Assembly (NCBI GenBank): GCA_044348645.1
Contig: JBIKSL010000011.1
Location: 1,297-65,296 of the forward strand
Length of the DNA stretch: 64,000 nucleotides
Reading direction: 5' to 3'
Source of the DNA: Crocinitomicaceae bacterium
GTDB lineage: Bacteria > Bacteroidota > Bacteroidia > Flavobacteriales_D > Crocinitomicaceae
Positions within the stretch are counted from its first letter, which is position 1. The number at the start of each line of letters is the position of its first letter. Of the stretch, positions 18,571-27,182 are shown piece by piece. Position numbers and translations under genes: made by a program. Below the pieces are notes generated by a model, which was not told the origin of the DNA, searched no databases, and was given only the letters and a program-made list of their open reading frames with translations.

Positions 18571-21066
18571 ATGTCTGGACAAGAGAAAAAATTAGTAATT
18601 AATAAAGAGTTTAATCCATTAATCATAGAGATTATACTGAAGCGAAATTGGAAAGCACCAATTTTTATAACTCTCTTTTTGCTTTTGATTGCATTTATAT
18701 ATTTAAGATATACGAAGCCAGTTTATGAGTCTATTGCTGTCCTTCAAATTGTTGAAGAGGACAAAGTAAGTGAGGTTTTGGGTGAGGTGACAAAAACCTC
18801 TCAGGGAGCAAATATAGCTCAAGAAGTTGAATTTTTAAACTCTGATTTCTTAATGAATCAGACTATAAAAAAACTCAACTTAAATGTTAATTTATACTCC
18901 GAAGGAAAATTGTTAACAAAGGATTTGTACAAGCAATCTACTTTTGAAATTTTTCCAATAGCCCTGATTGATTCATCTCTTTGCGGTATCCGAATTGATA
19001 TTGCGATAGAAGGAGGTAAAATTTGTTTGTCCTATCAAAAAAATGGAATTGACAAAAAGGTTTTTGGTCTTCCTAATCATAAAATAAAAAATGCAGATTT
19101 TATTGTTCTAGTAAAAGTGCCATATTTTTCTGAATTTAAAGAAGCTTGTTCTCAGAACAAGCTCTATTTTAAGTTTAATAACGAAACAAGCTTATTGAAT
19201 GAGATTAAATCAAATTTAGTTGTAATGACTTTGGATCCCAATGCTAAAACAATTCAACTGACTTATGATCATCACAACCCGAAGATGTGTAGGGATGTGC
19301 TAGCTTCTTTATTGGATTCCTACTTCGAATATCAAGAAATGTCCAAAAAAAACAACGGATATAAAACCATTGATTTTATCAATCAACAGCTTGATTCACT
19401 TTCAGAAGTTCTTAAAAACTCTAAAGCCGCTATTTCTGATTTGCAGAAAAGAGAAAAAATACCTAATCCTGAAAATCTTGGAGAAGAATTAATGAATAAA
19501 ATGGCATCTATCTCTGAAAAAATCCTTGAAATAGATGAGGAATTAACTACCCTATACATGGTTGCGGACAAAATAAAAATGGATCCTAACCGAGTTGAAA
19601 TTTACAAAATGATTCCCGAAATGATTGGAAAACGGAGTTTTGAAGGATCCTTGATCAAGCAAATTGAAGATTTAAATAAACTATTGGAATCGAAAGAGGA
19701 TTTTTTAAAGGATTTAACTCCTGACAATAGTCAAATTAAAAACGTGACCTCAAAAATTCAGTTTAGAATTTCCTCAATCAAAAAAAGTATGAAAGTTATT
19801 GAAGATCGTTTATTAAGTGATAAATATCTTCTTGTTGAAAAATTAAATGAAGTTGAATCAGGCTATTATTCTCTTCCAGAAAAGACACTTGAATATGCTA
19901 AGTTGAAATATATGGAAGATTTGAATAATCGTTATTTTAGCTTATTTACAGAGAAAAAAGTTGCGTATGAATTAACCAATGCAGGATATAGCTCTTCCAA
20001 TCGAGTTTTGTCACCGCCTGTTTTACCTGATGCTCCTCTAAGTCCTAACAAAAGGCTGATATACATGGTTGCAATGATTTTTGGTGTTTTGGTAGGAATA
20101 GCTTTACTAGTATGGCGTTACTTAACTTACAATGATATAATCAATGTGCCTGATTTACAAAAAATTTTGCCTCCCAAAACTAATCTGCTAGGAGCTGTTC
20201 CTCTGTACAAAAAGAAAATGAAATACTCACAAGTAGTTGTTAGTGAATCTTCTAAATCTCGGATTGCTGAGGCAATAAGGAGTATTCGTTCAAATATGAG
20301 TTTCATTAACAAAGATGCTAGGGTAATTGCAATTTCATCATCAATATCGGGTGAAGGAAAAACCTTTGTTATTCTTAACTTAGCAGGATTAATTGCGGCA
20401 AGCGGTAAAAAAACAGTTGTTATTGACTTAGATTTAAGAAAACCAAAAGTTCACTTTGGATTTAATGCTGAAAATATTGATGGGATGAGTAGTGTTATTT
20501 CTGGTATGTCAACTTTAGATAGTGTAATTACGGAATCACATATCAAGAATTTGCACTACATCACGGCTGGCCCAATTCCTCCAAATCCATCAGAATTAAT
20601 ACAAAGCACTGAATTTAAGCAAGTTTTAGAAATGTTAAAGGAGCGATATGATGTAGTAATGATTGACAATCCTCCAATCGGAATCGTTTCGGATGGTATA
20701 GAAATTCTTGCCAATGCTGATATTCCGCTTTATGTATTCAAAGCAAATTATTCTAAGCGTGTTTTTGTTCAGCGAGTTGAGGAATTATTTAAAGTTCAAA
20801 AAATCCAAAGTTTGAATGTTATTCTAAATGGAGTAGAAACCGGTCGTTCATTCTATGGTTATGGCTATGGTTATGGTTATGGTTATGGTTATGGTTATGG
20901 TTATGGTTATGGTTATGGTTATGGTTATGGTTATGGTTACGGAAATGGAAATGGATATGAATCAGGTTATTACACAGATGATGAAGATGAAATACCTTTA
21001 CATTTAAGATGGTGGAAGAAAATTAAAAAAAGATGGAGTATAAAAAAGAAGAAATCGAAGGGATAA
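18571..21066 (+). CDS. wzc: Chain-length determinant / BY-kinase (Wzc-like), copy 1, with a (YG)15 C-terminal tyrosine cluster
   Basis: The product is 831 aa from the ATG at 18571. It has two TM segments flanking a coiled periplasmic domain. It carries Walker A (SGEGKTF), Walker A' (VVIDLDLRKP) and Walker B (VVMIDNPP). The C-terminus is FYGYGYG...GNGNGYESGYY. Confidence 0.88.
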   Translation: MSGQEKKLVINKEFNPLIIEIILKRNWKAPIFITLFLLLIAFIYLRYTKPVYESIAVLQIVEEDKVSEVLGEVTKTSQGANIAQEVEFLNSDFLMNQTIKKLNLNVNLYSEGKLLTKDLYKQSTFEIFPIALIDSSLCGIRIDIAIEGGKICLSYQKNGIDKKVFGLPNHKIKNADFIVLVKVPYFSEFKEACSQNKLYFKFNNETSLLNEIKSNLVVMTLDPNAKTIQLTYDHHNPKMCRDVLASLLDSYFEYQEMSKKNNGYKTIDFINQQLDSLSEVLKNSKAAISDLQKREKIPNPENLGEELMNKMASISEKILEIDEELTTLYMVADKIKMDPNRVEIYKMIPEMIGKRSFEGSLIKQIEDLNKLLESKEDFLKDLTPDNSQIKNVTSKIQFRISSIKKSMKVIEDRLLSDKYLLVEKLNEVESGYYSLPEKTLEYAKLKYMEDLNNRYFSLFTEKKVAYELTNAGYSSSNRVLSPPVLPDAPLSPNKRLIYMVAMIFGVLVGIALLVWRYLTYNDIINVPDLQKILPPKTNLLGAVPLYKKKMKYSQVVVSESSKSRIAEAIRSIRSNMSFINKDARVIAISSSISGEGKTFVILNLAGLIAASGKKTVVIDLDLRKPKVHFGFNAENIDGMSSVISGMSTLDSVITESHIKNLHYITAGPIPPNPSELIQSTEFKQVLEMLKERYDVVMIDNPPIGIVSDGIEILANADIPLYVFKANYSKRVFVQRVEELFKVQKIQSLNVILNGVETGRSFYGYGYGYGYGYGYGYGYGYGYGYGYGYGYGNGNGYESGYYTDDEDEIPLHLRWWKKIKKRWSIKKKKSKG
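20854..20943 (+). repeat. In-frame hexanucleotide microsatellite: 15 TAYGGN units, of which 12 are perfect TATGGT copies (20866..20937)
   Basis: Read directly from the sequence. It encodes (Tyr-Gly)15 inside wzc copy 1. Confidence 0.97.
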
Positions 21067-21578
21067 TATCTATTTACCCTAAAATATATGGTGATGAGCG
21101 AGGCTATTTCTTGGAAGCTTTTAATGAAATTAAATACCAAGAAATTATTGGTTCTGGCTACAACTTTCTTCAGGATAATGTTTCAAAATCAACCAAAGGG
21201 GTTCTGCGAGGCCTACATTTCCAACTTCCTCCCTTTGAACAGGGCAAATTAGTATATGTTATGTATGGTAAAGCAGTTGATGTAGCGGTTGATATCCGAA
21301 AGGCATCTCCAACATACGGTAAATATGTCAAGATTCTATTGGATTCTAAAACTAAAAATCAATTGTGGATACCCCCTGGATTTGCTCATGGATTTTGCGC
21401 TTTAGAAGATGAAACCGTTTTCTGTTATAAATGTACTAACGTCTATGCCCCAGAATATGAGCAAGCTCTTCGTTGGGATGATCCCGAAATTCAAATTGAA
21501 TGGAGTATCGAAAACCCAATTATTTCAGAAAAGGATCAAAAAGCGATGAGATTAAATACCTTTTTAAGCCCATTCTAA
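21033..21578 (+). CDS. rfbC: dTDP-4-dehydrorhamnose 3,5-epimerase
   Basis: The 181-aa product carries GDERGYFLEAF, VLRGLHFQ and PPGFAHGF motifs. It overlaps the wzc 3' end by 34 nt. Confidence 0.92.
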   Translation: MEYKKEEIEGIISIYPKIYGDERGYFLEAFNEIKYQEIIGSGYNFLQDNVSKSTKGVLRGLHFQLPPFEQGKLVYVMYGKAVDVAVDIRKASPTYGKYVKILLDSKTKNQLWIPPGFAHGFCALEDETVFCYKCTNVYAPEYEQALRWDDPEIQIEWSIENPIISEKDQKAMRLNTFLSPF

Positions 21579-21579
21579 C

Positions 21580-22668
21580 ATGTCAATCAAGGATCTAAAC
21601 TTCTACATTCTTTTCTTTATTGGCTCAGCTATAATATCGTTAGTTATTAACATGATGTTATTGCGTTTTTCTCAAACTTTAGGGATAAGAAATAAAAACG
21701 ATATAACCGTGAGATGGAGTAATACCTCAAAACCATCATTGGGAGGAATAAGTTTATTTTCCGGTTTTTTATTTTCTACTGTTCTATTCATGATTTTGGA
21801 TCCTGAACCAAATGTTTTTTCAAATACTTCTTTCGTTGGTCTATTTTTATCAGGATCACTTGCATTTATTATGGGACTTTCTGATGATGCCTATAATACG
21901 AAACCGATATTCAAACTTATTGTTCAGATTATCTGTGGAGTTACCTTAATTTTTACAGATACATCGATTGATTTATTTCATATAAAATTGATTGACTACA
22001 CATTAACGGTTGTTTGGGTGATTATCTTGATGAATTCATTGAATATGCTCGATAACATGGATGGAATTACTGCTACGACGGTTTTTTTTGTGCTACTTTC
22101 CTGCCTGCTTTGCTGTTACTTTATAGGTAATTCAAATGAACCATACTGGATTTTCACAATAGTTTCGATGTTAGGAGCGTTAGTGGGATTTTTGAGATAC
22201 AATATCAATCCATCAAAAATGTTCATGGGTGATGCTGGAAGTCAATTTATCGGACTGTTTGTTGCATTTTTTACGATTAAATATCTTTGGAATTTGGGTT
22301 CAATCACTCAGAATCATTCTTGGGTAAGTTTAATAATTACCCTAACGGCTCTTACCCCAGCGGCTGCAGATACGTTAACAGTTGTAATTAATAGAATTAA
22401 AGCAGGTAAATCTCCAATGGTGGGGGGCAAAGATCACACGACTCATCACTTGGTTTATGCTGGCTTGACGGATCGTCAGGTTTGGTATATATTTTCATCA
22501 ATTGGTTTTATATCATTTGTTTTGAGTGTCTCAATTATTTATCTTGTTCGACATAATTCGGTTTATTTCACTCCCATTTTTCTAATCTTTTTTTCTTTTG
22601 TTTTTTATCTACTTTACAGGAATACAATTCGTTATCCTCAACCATCAAAAGAATCAAAAAAGTTGTGA
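21580..22668 (+). CDS. Polyprenyl-phosphate N-acetylhexosamine-1-phosphate transferase (MraY/WecA family, GT4 superfamily), copy 1
   Basis: The 362-aa polytopic membrane protein carries SDDAYNTKP, NMLDNMDGI and MGDAGSQFIG motifs. Confidence 0.85.
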   Translation: MSIKDLNFYILFFIGSAIISLVINMMLLRFSQTLGIRNKNDITVRWSNTSKPSLGGISLFSGFLFSTVLFMILDPEPNVFSNTSFVGLFLSGSLAFIMGLSDDAYNTKPIFKLIVQIICGVTLIFTDTSIDLFHIKLIDYTLTVVWVIILMNSLNMLDNMDGITATTVFFVLLSCLLCCYFIGNSNEPYWIFTIVSMLGALVGFLRYNINPSKMFMGDAGSQFIGLFVAFFTIKYLWNLGSITQNHSWVSLIITLTALTPAAADTLTVVINRIKAGKSPMVGGKDHTTHHLVYAGLTDRQVWYIFSSIGFISFVLSVSIIYLVRHNSVYFTPIFLIFFSFVFYLLYRNTIRYPQPSKESKKL

Positions 22669-23582
22669 TTGGAAAATTATTTCCATATGTTTTCTTGGCG
22701 CTTTCCGTAATTTCATGTAAAGAGATCCCATCAACAAGAAAAGCAAAAACTAATCTTTTATCAAACACAATTGCTTTACCTCAATTACCATCATCGATTT
22801 TGTTTTTTGGTGAAAAAATCAATCTGGAGGATGAAGACATTCGCGAACGATTGGACCGAGAAATCATTACCAATGTATATTTTCAGAGCTCTACAACATT
22901 CGCATTAAAAAGAGCAAATCGATTCTTTCCTGAAATTGAAAAAATTTTAAAGGATCAAAATGTGCCGGAAGATTTTAAATATTTAGCGGTAATTGAAAGT
23001 AATCTTTCAGAAGTTATGAGTCCAGTTGGAGCGAATGGATTTTGGCAGTTTACACCCTACACTGCAAAAGAGTATGGTTTAGTCATCAATGAAGAGATAG
23101 ATGAACGATTAAACTTGACAAAAAGCACTCATGCAGCTTGTGCTTTCATCAAAAATGCTTATAAAATATTTGGAGATTGGGTAAATGCATGTGCTTCATA
23201 TAATCGTGGCATTGAAGGTATTCAGTCAGATATGAAATGGCAAAAAACCGATCATTATTTTGACACTGACATGAACAATGAAACGGAAAGGTATGTTTTT
23301 AGAATCATGGCGATGAAATTGATTATGGAGAACCCGAAAAGTTATGGTTTTGATATTCCGAAATATCAACTTTACAATCCATTTAAAACTAAAACAATTA
23401 AAGTTAAGAAGGAGATTTCGATTCTCGCTGAATGGGCAATATCAAAAGGAATTAATTTGAAAACACTAAGAAAGTTAAACCCATGGCTGATTTCAAATAA
23501 ATTAACAATTCACTCCAGTGAAATCTCAATTAAATTGCCTGCAAAGAATGAAAATCTGAAAAATTTCAATTCGTACAATTAA
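22665..23582 (+). CDS. Lytic transglycosylase (SLT domain) lipoprotein
   Basis: The 305-aa product has the lipobox LALSVISC. The SLT catalytic region is AVIESNLS...GANGFWQFTPYTAKEYGL. Its GTG start overlaps the upstream stop (GTGA). Confidence 0.75.
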   Translation: MIGKLFPYVFLALSVISCKEIPSTRKAKTNLLSNTIALPQLPSSILFFGEKINLEDEDIRERLDREIITNVYFQSSTTFALKRANRFFPEIEKILKDQNVPEDFKYLAVIESNLSEVMSPVGANGFWQFTPYTAKEYGLVINEEIDERLNLTKSTHAACAFIKNAYKIFGDWVNACASYNRGIEGIQSDMKWQKTDHYFDTDMNNETERYVFRIMAMKLIMENPKSYGFDIPKYQLYNPFKTKTIKVKKEISILAEWAISKGINLKTLRKLNPWLISNKLTIHSSEISIKLPAKNENLKNFNSYN

Positions 23583-23587
23583 ATCAA

Positions 23588-26425
23588 ATGGCAGAAAATC
23601 TAACTGATTTGCGGGTTGAAAACGATCAGGAATTTATTTCTGTTTTTGGCGCTCGAGAACATAATCTAAAAAACATTGACCTTTCGATTCCAAGAAATAA
23701 ACTTGTAGTTTTTACTGGTTTAAGTGGGAGTGGAAAATCTTCTTTGGCATTTGATACCATTTTTGCAGAAGGTCAACGCAGATACATTGATACATTTTCT
23801 GCATACGCTCGACAATTTATCGGTGGTTTGGAACGACCTGATGTTGACAAAATAAATGGATTGAGTCCAGTAATTTCTATTGAGCAAAAAACAGTCTCTC
23901 GTTCTCCAAGATCCACAGTAGGGACTATTACCGAATTATACGATTTTCTAAGATTATTATACGCCCGAGCTTCAACGGCTTACTCCATGAATACGAATGA
24001 ACCAATGGTTAAATATTCGGATGAAGCAATAGTTGAACTCATTCAGCGCGATTTTTCAGAAAAAAAAGTTGTTTTTCTCGCTCCCAAAATAAAAGGACGT
24101 AAGGGACATTATCGTGAGCTCTTCGAACAGATTCTGAAAAATGGCTTTAACAAAGTTCGTGTTGACGGAAAATTACAAGAAATCGAAAAAGGAATGCGTT
24201 TGGATCGTTACAAAATCCACGATATTGAAGTGGTTGTGGATCGATTGGTTATTGGTCAAGCAGAATCAACTCGCATTTACAATTCGGTTGTTACTACGAT
24301 GAAAATGGCTGATTCAAGCATGTTGGTAATGGATTTTGAAAGTGGAAAAATGCGTCATTACAGTCGCTCGTTGATGTGTCCTACAACTGGAATTAGCTAT
24401 CCAGATCCTGAACCAAATTTATTCTCCTTTAATTCTCCGCGAGGGGCTTGTCCGAATTGCAATGGTCTTGGAGAAATTTCTGAAGTTGATTTTAATAAAA
24501 TTATACCTAAATCGGAACTTTCATTGAAGAAAGGCGGTTTTGCTCCCCTAGGCGAATACAAAAGAACATGGATATTTGAGAAAATAGAATCTATTCTAAT
24601 CAAAAATGGAATTAATGGAAATACACCTATCCAAGAATATGATGCGGAACTATTAAATTTTCTGCTTTATGGAAATGAAGGGATGGAAATTTCGCCAAAG
24701 TCTAATGTAGAAATTTTCGAAGGTATTATACAGTTTATGACACGTTATGCCGAAGAGGGAAATAGTGCCATTCAACGCTGGGCAATGAGTTTCATGAATA
24801 AGAAACAATGTCCTGATTGCAATGGAGCTCGGTTGAGAAAAGAAGCATTACATTTTAAAATTGGAGACCAACATATCGGCTATTTAACGCAAATGGAGTT
24901 AAACGAATTGTGGAATTGGTTTTCAGAAATTGAAACCAAACTTGATTCAGATAGAAATAAAATCGCCGTTGAAATTATCAAAGAAATTCGTTCTCGTTTA
25001 CGATTTATTTTGGATGTTGGATTGGAGTATCTAACGCTTAATCGATCATCGAAAAGTCTTTCTGGTGGTGAGGCGCAACGAATTAGATTAGCCACTCAAA
25101 TTGGAACTGAATTGTTGAATGTGTTATATATTCTAGATGAACCTTCAATCGGATTGCATCAACGCGACAACACTAAATTAATTCAATCCTTAAAAAAACT
25201 TAGGGATACAGGAAACACTGTTTTGGTTGTTGAGCATGATAAGGAAATGATTGAAGAGGCTGATTTTGTGGTGGATATTGGTCCAAAAGCAGGAATTCAC
25301 GGAGGGCAAATTGTTTCTCAGGGAAATTTGAAACAAATATTAAATTCAGATTCACTCACAGCCCAATATCTAAATGGATCAAAATCAATCGAAGTCCCAA
25401 AAATCAGAAGAAAAGGAAATGGAAATGAGCTTCGTCTTTTTGGAGCAAAAGGCCACAATTTAAAAAATGTCAATCTAGCGATTCCTTTGGGAACATTTAC
25501 ATGTGTGACAGGTGTTTCTGGGTCAGGAAAGTCATCGATAATTAATTACACGCTTTACCCAATTTTACTGAAACACATTTATGATGGGGTAAGAATTCCC
25601 CTAGAATACCAAAAAATTGAAGGTCTTGAGCACCTAGATAAAGTTATTGAAATCGATCAAAGTCCCATTGGTAGAACACCGCGTTCCAATCCCGTTACAT
25701 ACACTAAAGTTTTTGATGAAATTCGAACATTGTTCGCTTCCCTTCCGGAATCCCAGATTCGTGGATACAAGCCAGGCAGATTTTCATTCAATGTCGTAGG
25801 TGGAAAATGTGAAACATGCAACGGAGGTGGTTTGAAGTTAATCGAAATGAATTTTCTTCCGGATATTTACGTCGAGTGTGAAACTTGTAATGGAAAACGA
25901 TATAATCGTGAAACCTTGGAAGTTCGATACAAAGGAAAGTCCATTTCAGATGTCTTGAACATGACCATTGAGGATGCAGTTGTATTTTTCGAAAATCATC
26001 CGAAGATATTCCGAATTCTCGATACCTTAAAAAGTGTAGGCTTGGGATACTTAACGTTGGGACAATCGTCAACAACACTTTCAGGAGGAGAAGCGCAACG
26101 AATCAAATTGGCCTCTGAATTATCAAAAAAAGGAACTGGAAAAACGATTTATATTTTGGATGAACCTTCCACCGGACTTCATTTCGAGGACATCAATATG
26201 TTGTTAGGAGTTCTTCAACGCCTGGTGAATGAAGGAAATACGGTTTTGGTCATCGAACATAATTTGGATATCATTAAAGTCGCTGACCACATCATTGATC
26301 TCGGACCTGAGGGCGGTCGTGGAGGAGGGAAGATTTTATTTTCGGGAACTCCTGAGAAAATGATTCAAAAAGCAATTGATTTCTCTCATACTGCACGTTA
26401 TCTTCGAGATGAATTGAAAATATAG
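23588..26425 (+). CDS. uvrA: Excinuclease ABC subunit A
   Basis: The 945-aa product has two ABC modules (GLSGSGKSSLAFDT and GVSGSGKSS). It also has LSGGEAQR signatures and zinc-finger Cys clusters (CPNCNG, CETCNGGG). Confidence 0.97.
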   Translation: MAENLTDLRVENDQEFISVFGAREHNLKNIDLSIPRNKLVVFTGLSGSGKSSLAFDTIFAEGQRRYIDTFSAYARQFIGGLERPDVDKINGLSPVISIEQKTVSRSPRSTVGTITELYDFLRLLYARASTAYSMNTNEPMVKYSDEAIVELIQRDFSEKKVVFLAPKIKGRKGHYRELFEQILKNGFNKVRVDGKLQEIEKGMRLDRYKIHDIEVVVDRLVIGQAESTRIYNSVVTTMKMADSSMLVMDFESGKMRHYSRSLMCPTTGISYPDPEPNLFSFNSPRGACPNCNGLGEISEVDFNKIIPKSELSLKKGGFAPLGEYKRTWIFEKIESILIKNGINGNTPIQEYDAELLNFLLYGNEGMEISPKSNVEIFEGIIQFMTRYAEEGNSAIQRWAMSFMNKKQCPDCNGARLRKEALHFKIGDQHIGYLTQMELNELWNWFSEIETKLDSDRNKIAVEIIKEIRSRLRFILDVGLEYLTLNRSSKSLSGGEAQRIRLATQIGTELLNVLYILDEPSIGLHQRDNTKLIQSLKKLRDTGNTVLVVEHDKEMIEEADFVVDIGPKAGIHGGQIVSQGNLKQILNSDSLTAQYLNGSKSIEVPKIRRKGNGNELRLFGAKGHNLKNVNLAIPLGTFTCVTGVSGSGKSSIINYTLYPILLKHIYDGVRIPLEYQKIEGLEHLDKVIEIDQSPIGRTPRSNPVTYTKVFDEIRTLFASLPESQIRGYKPGRFSFNVVGGKCETCNGGGLKLIEMNFLPDIYVECETCNGKRYNRETLEVRYKGKSISDVLNMTIEDAVVFFENHPKIFRILDTLKSVGLGYLTLGQSSTTLSGGEAQRIKLASELSKKGTGKTIYILDEPSTGLHFEDINMLLGVLQRLVNEGNTVLVIEHNLDIIKVADHIIDLGPEGGRGGGKILFSGTPEKMIQKAIDFSHTARYLRDELKI

Positions 26426-26544
26426 GTCAGTTTAATCTTTGATAATTTCCATTTAAGTTTAACCTGAATTATGCATTAGCGACGTTAAATTTGCCAAAAC
26501 AGTCTGCTAAACTAGTTGCTTTTTACTGTAATTCAAATTCACCC

Positions 26545-26721
26545 AAATGGTTAATCTTCCAATTTCATAATCTGATAAGAAAGATACTCCTTTCGGAGGT
26601 ATGTGTCTGATGAAATAGAGAACAGCAAGGCAGTGTCCAAGGATACAATCCAAACAAGCGAGGAAGAAACTCTCATCATCCTTTATTGGTCTTTGTTAGT
26701 CAAACTCGAATGGTTGCTAAG
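26545..26721 (+). pseudogene. Relic of a DDE transposase (IS4/IS1380-like N-terminal region), truncated and interrupted by stops
   Basis: The frame starting at 26614 reads NREQQGSVQGYNPNKRGRNSHHPLLVFVSQTRMVA. The GYNP-K-RGR-S-HHPLL-F motif is one I recognise from DDE transposases. It is preceded by tandem in-frame stops (TGATGA at 26608..26613) and followed by unrelated sequence. No inverted repeats and no catalytic domain are present. Confidence 0.55.
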
Positions 26722-26764
26722 ATACTGTTTAAAAAATATTCTAAAATGTTTTAACAATCGCTAA

Positions 26765-26810
26765 ATTAAAAAACCCTTTAACTGTTGATAATCAATTAGT
26801 TAAAGGGTTT
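26765..26810 (-). terminator. Rho-independent terminator after tRNA-Gln (perfect 13-bp stem, possibly bidirectional)
   Basis: The stem pairs AAACCCTTTAACT (26771..26783) with AGTTAAAGGGTTT (26798..26810) around a 14-nt loop. A U-run follows on the minus-strand transcript. Confidence 0.75.
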
Positions 26811-26816
26811 ATTTTG

Positions 26817-26889
26817 TTGACCCACTAGGGCTCGAACCTAGACTCTTCTGAACCAAAATCAGACGTGTTGCCAGTTACACCATGGGTCA
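26817..26889 (-). tRNA. tRNA-Gln (anticodon UUG)
   Basis: I folded the cloverleaf by hand. The acceptor stem is TGACCCA/TGGGTCA. The D stem is GTGT/ACAC. The anticodon stem TCTGA/TCAGA closes the loop TTTTGGT, giving anticodon TTG. The T stem CTAGG/CCTAG closes the loop TTCGAGC. The body is 72 nt plus a discriminator A. CCA is not encoded. Confidence 0.93.
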
Positions 26890-26918
26890 GTTTTCAAAGC
26901 TCTTTTCAAAAGCGATTA

Positions 26919-26926
26919 CAAATTTA
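26919..26926 (-). promoter_or_regulatory. Bacteroidota-type -7 promoter box (TAAATTTG = TAnnTTTG) for tRNA-Gln
   Basis: This is an exact match to the TAnnTTTG consensus, 29 nt upstream of the mature tRNA 5' end. Confidence 0.45.
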
Positions 26927-27182
26927 TAAATAATTTCAAAACTATCAATTTTAAATTTTGTTTGAGATCACATTGACCCAAAACTTTTTGAACTTAAGGT
27001 ATTTTAGCAATCTTGCCCAGAGCAATAAAAAAGAAAAAATTTGACATTCTCAAATTATCTTTGAATAGCAAAAGATCAAATATTAAATTTTTCTTATCAT
27101 GTCATATAACAACCCAACCAAACTTCGACCTTTCAATCTCTAACTTTGGGTATTTATTCTGTTGAATTGGGTTTTCTTTTCG

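Noticed and set aside
26973-26980. TTGACCCA repeats the 3' end of tRNA-Gln, which could be an att-site duplication marking an integrated element.
   Set aside because: The match is only 8 nt, on the wrong side (upstream of the tRNA 5' end). No integrase or island content lies between the copies. This is compatible with chance.
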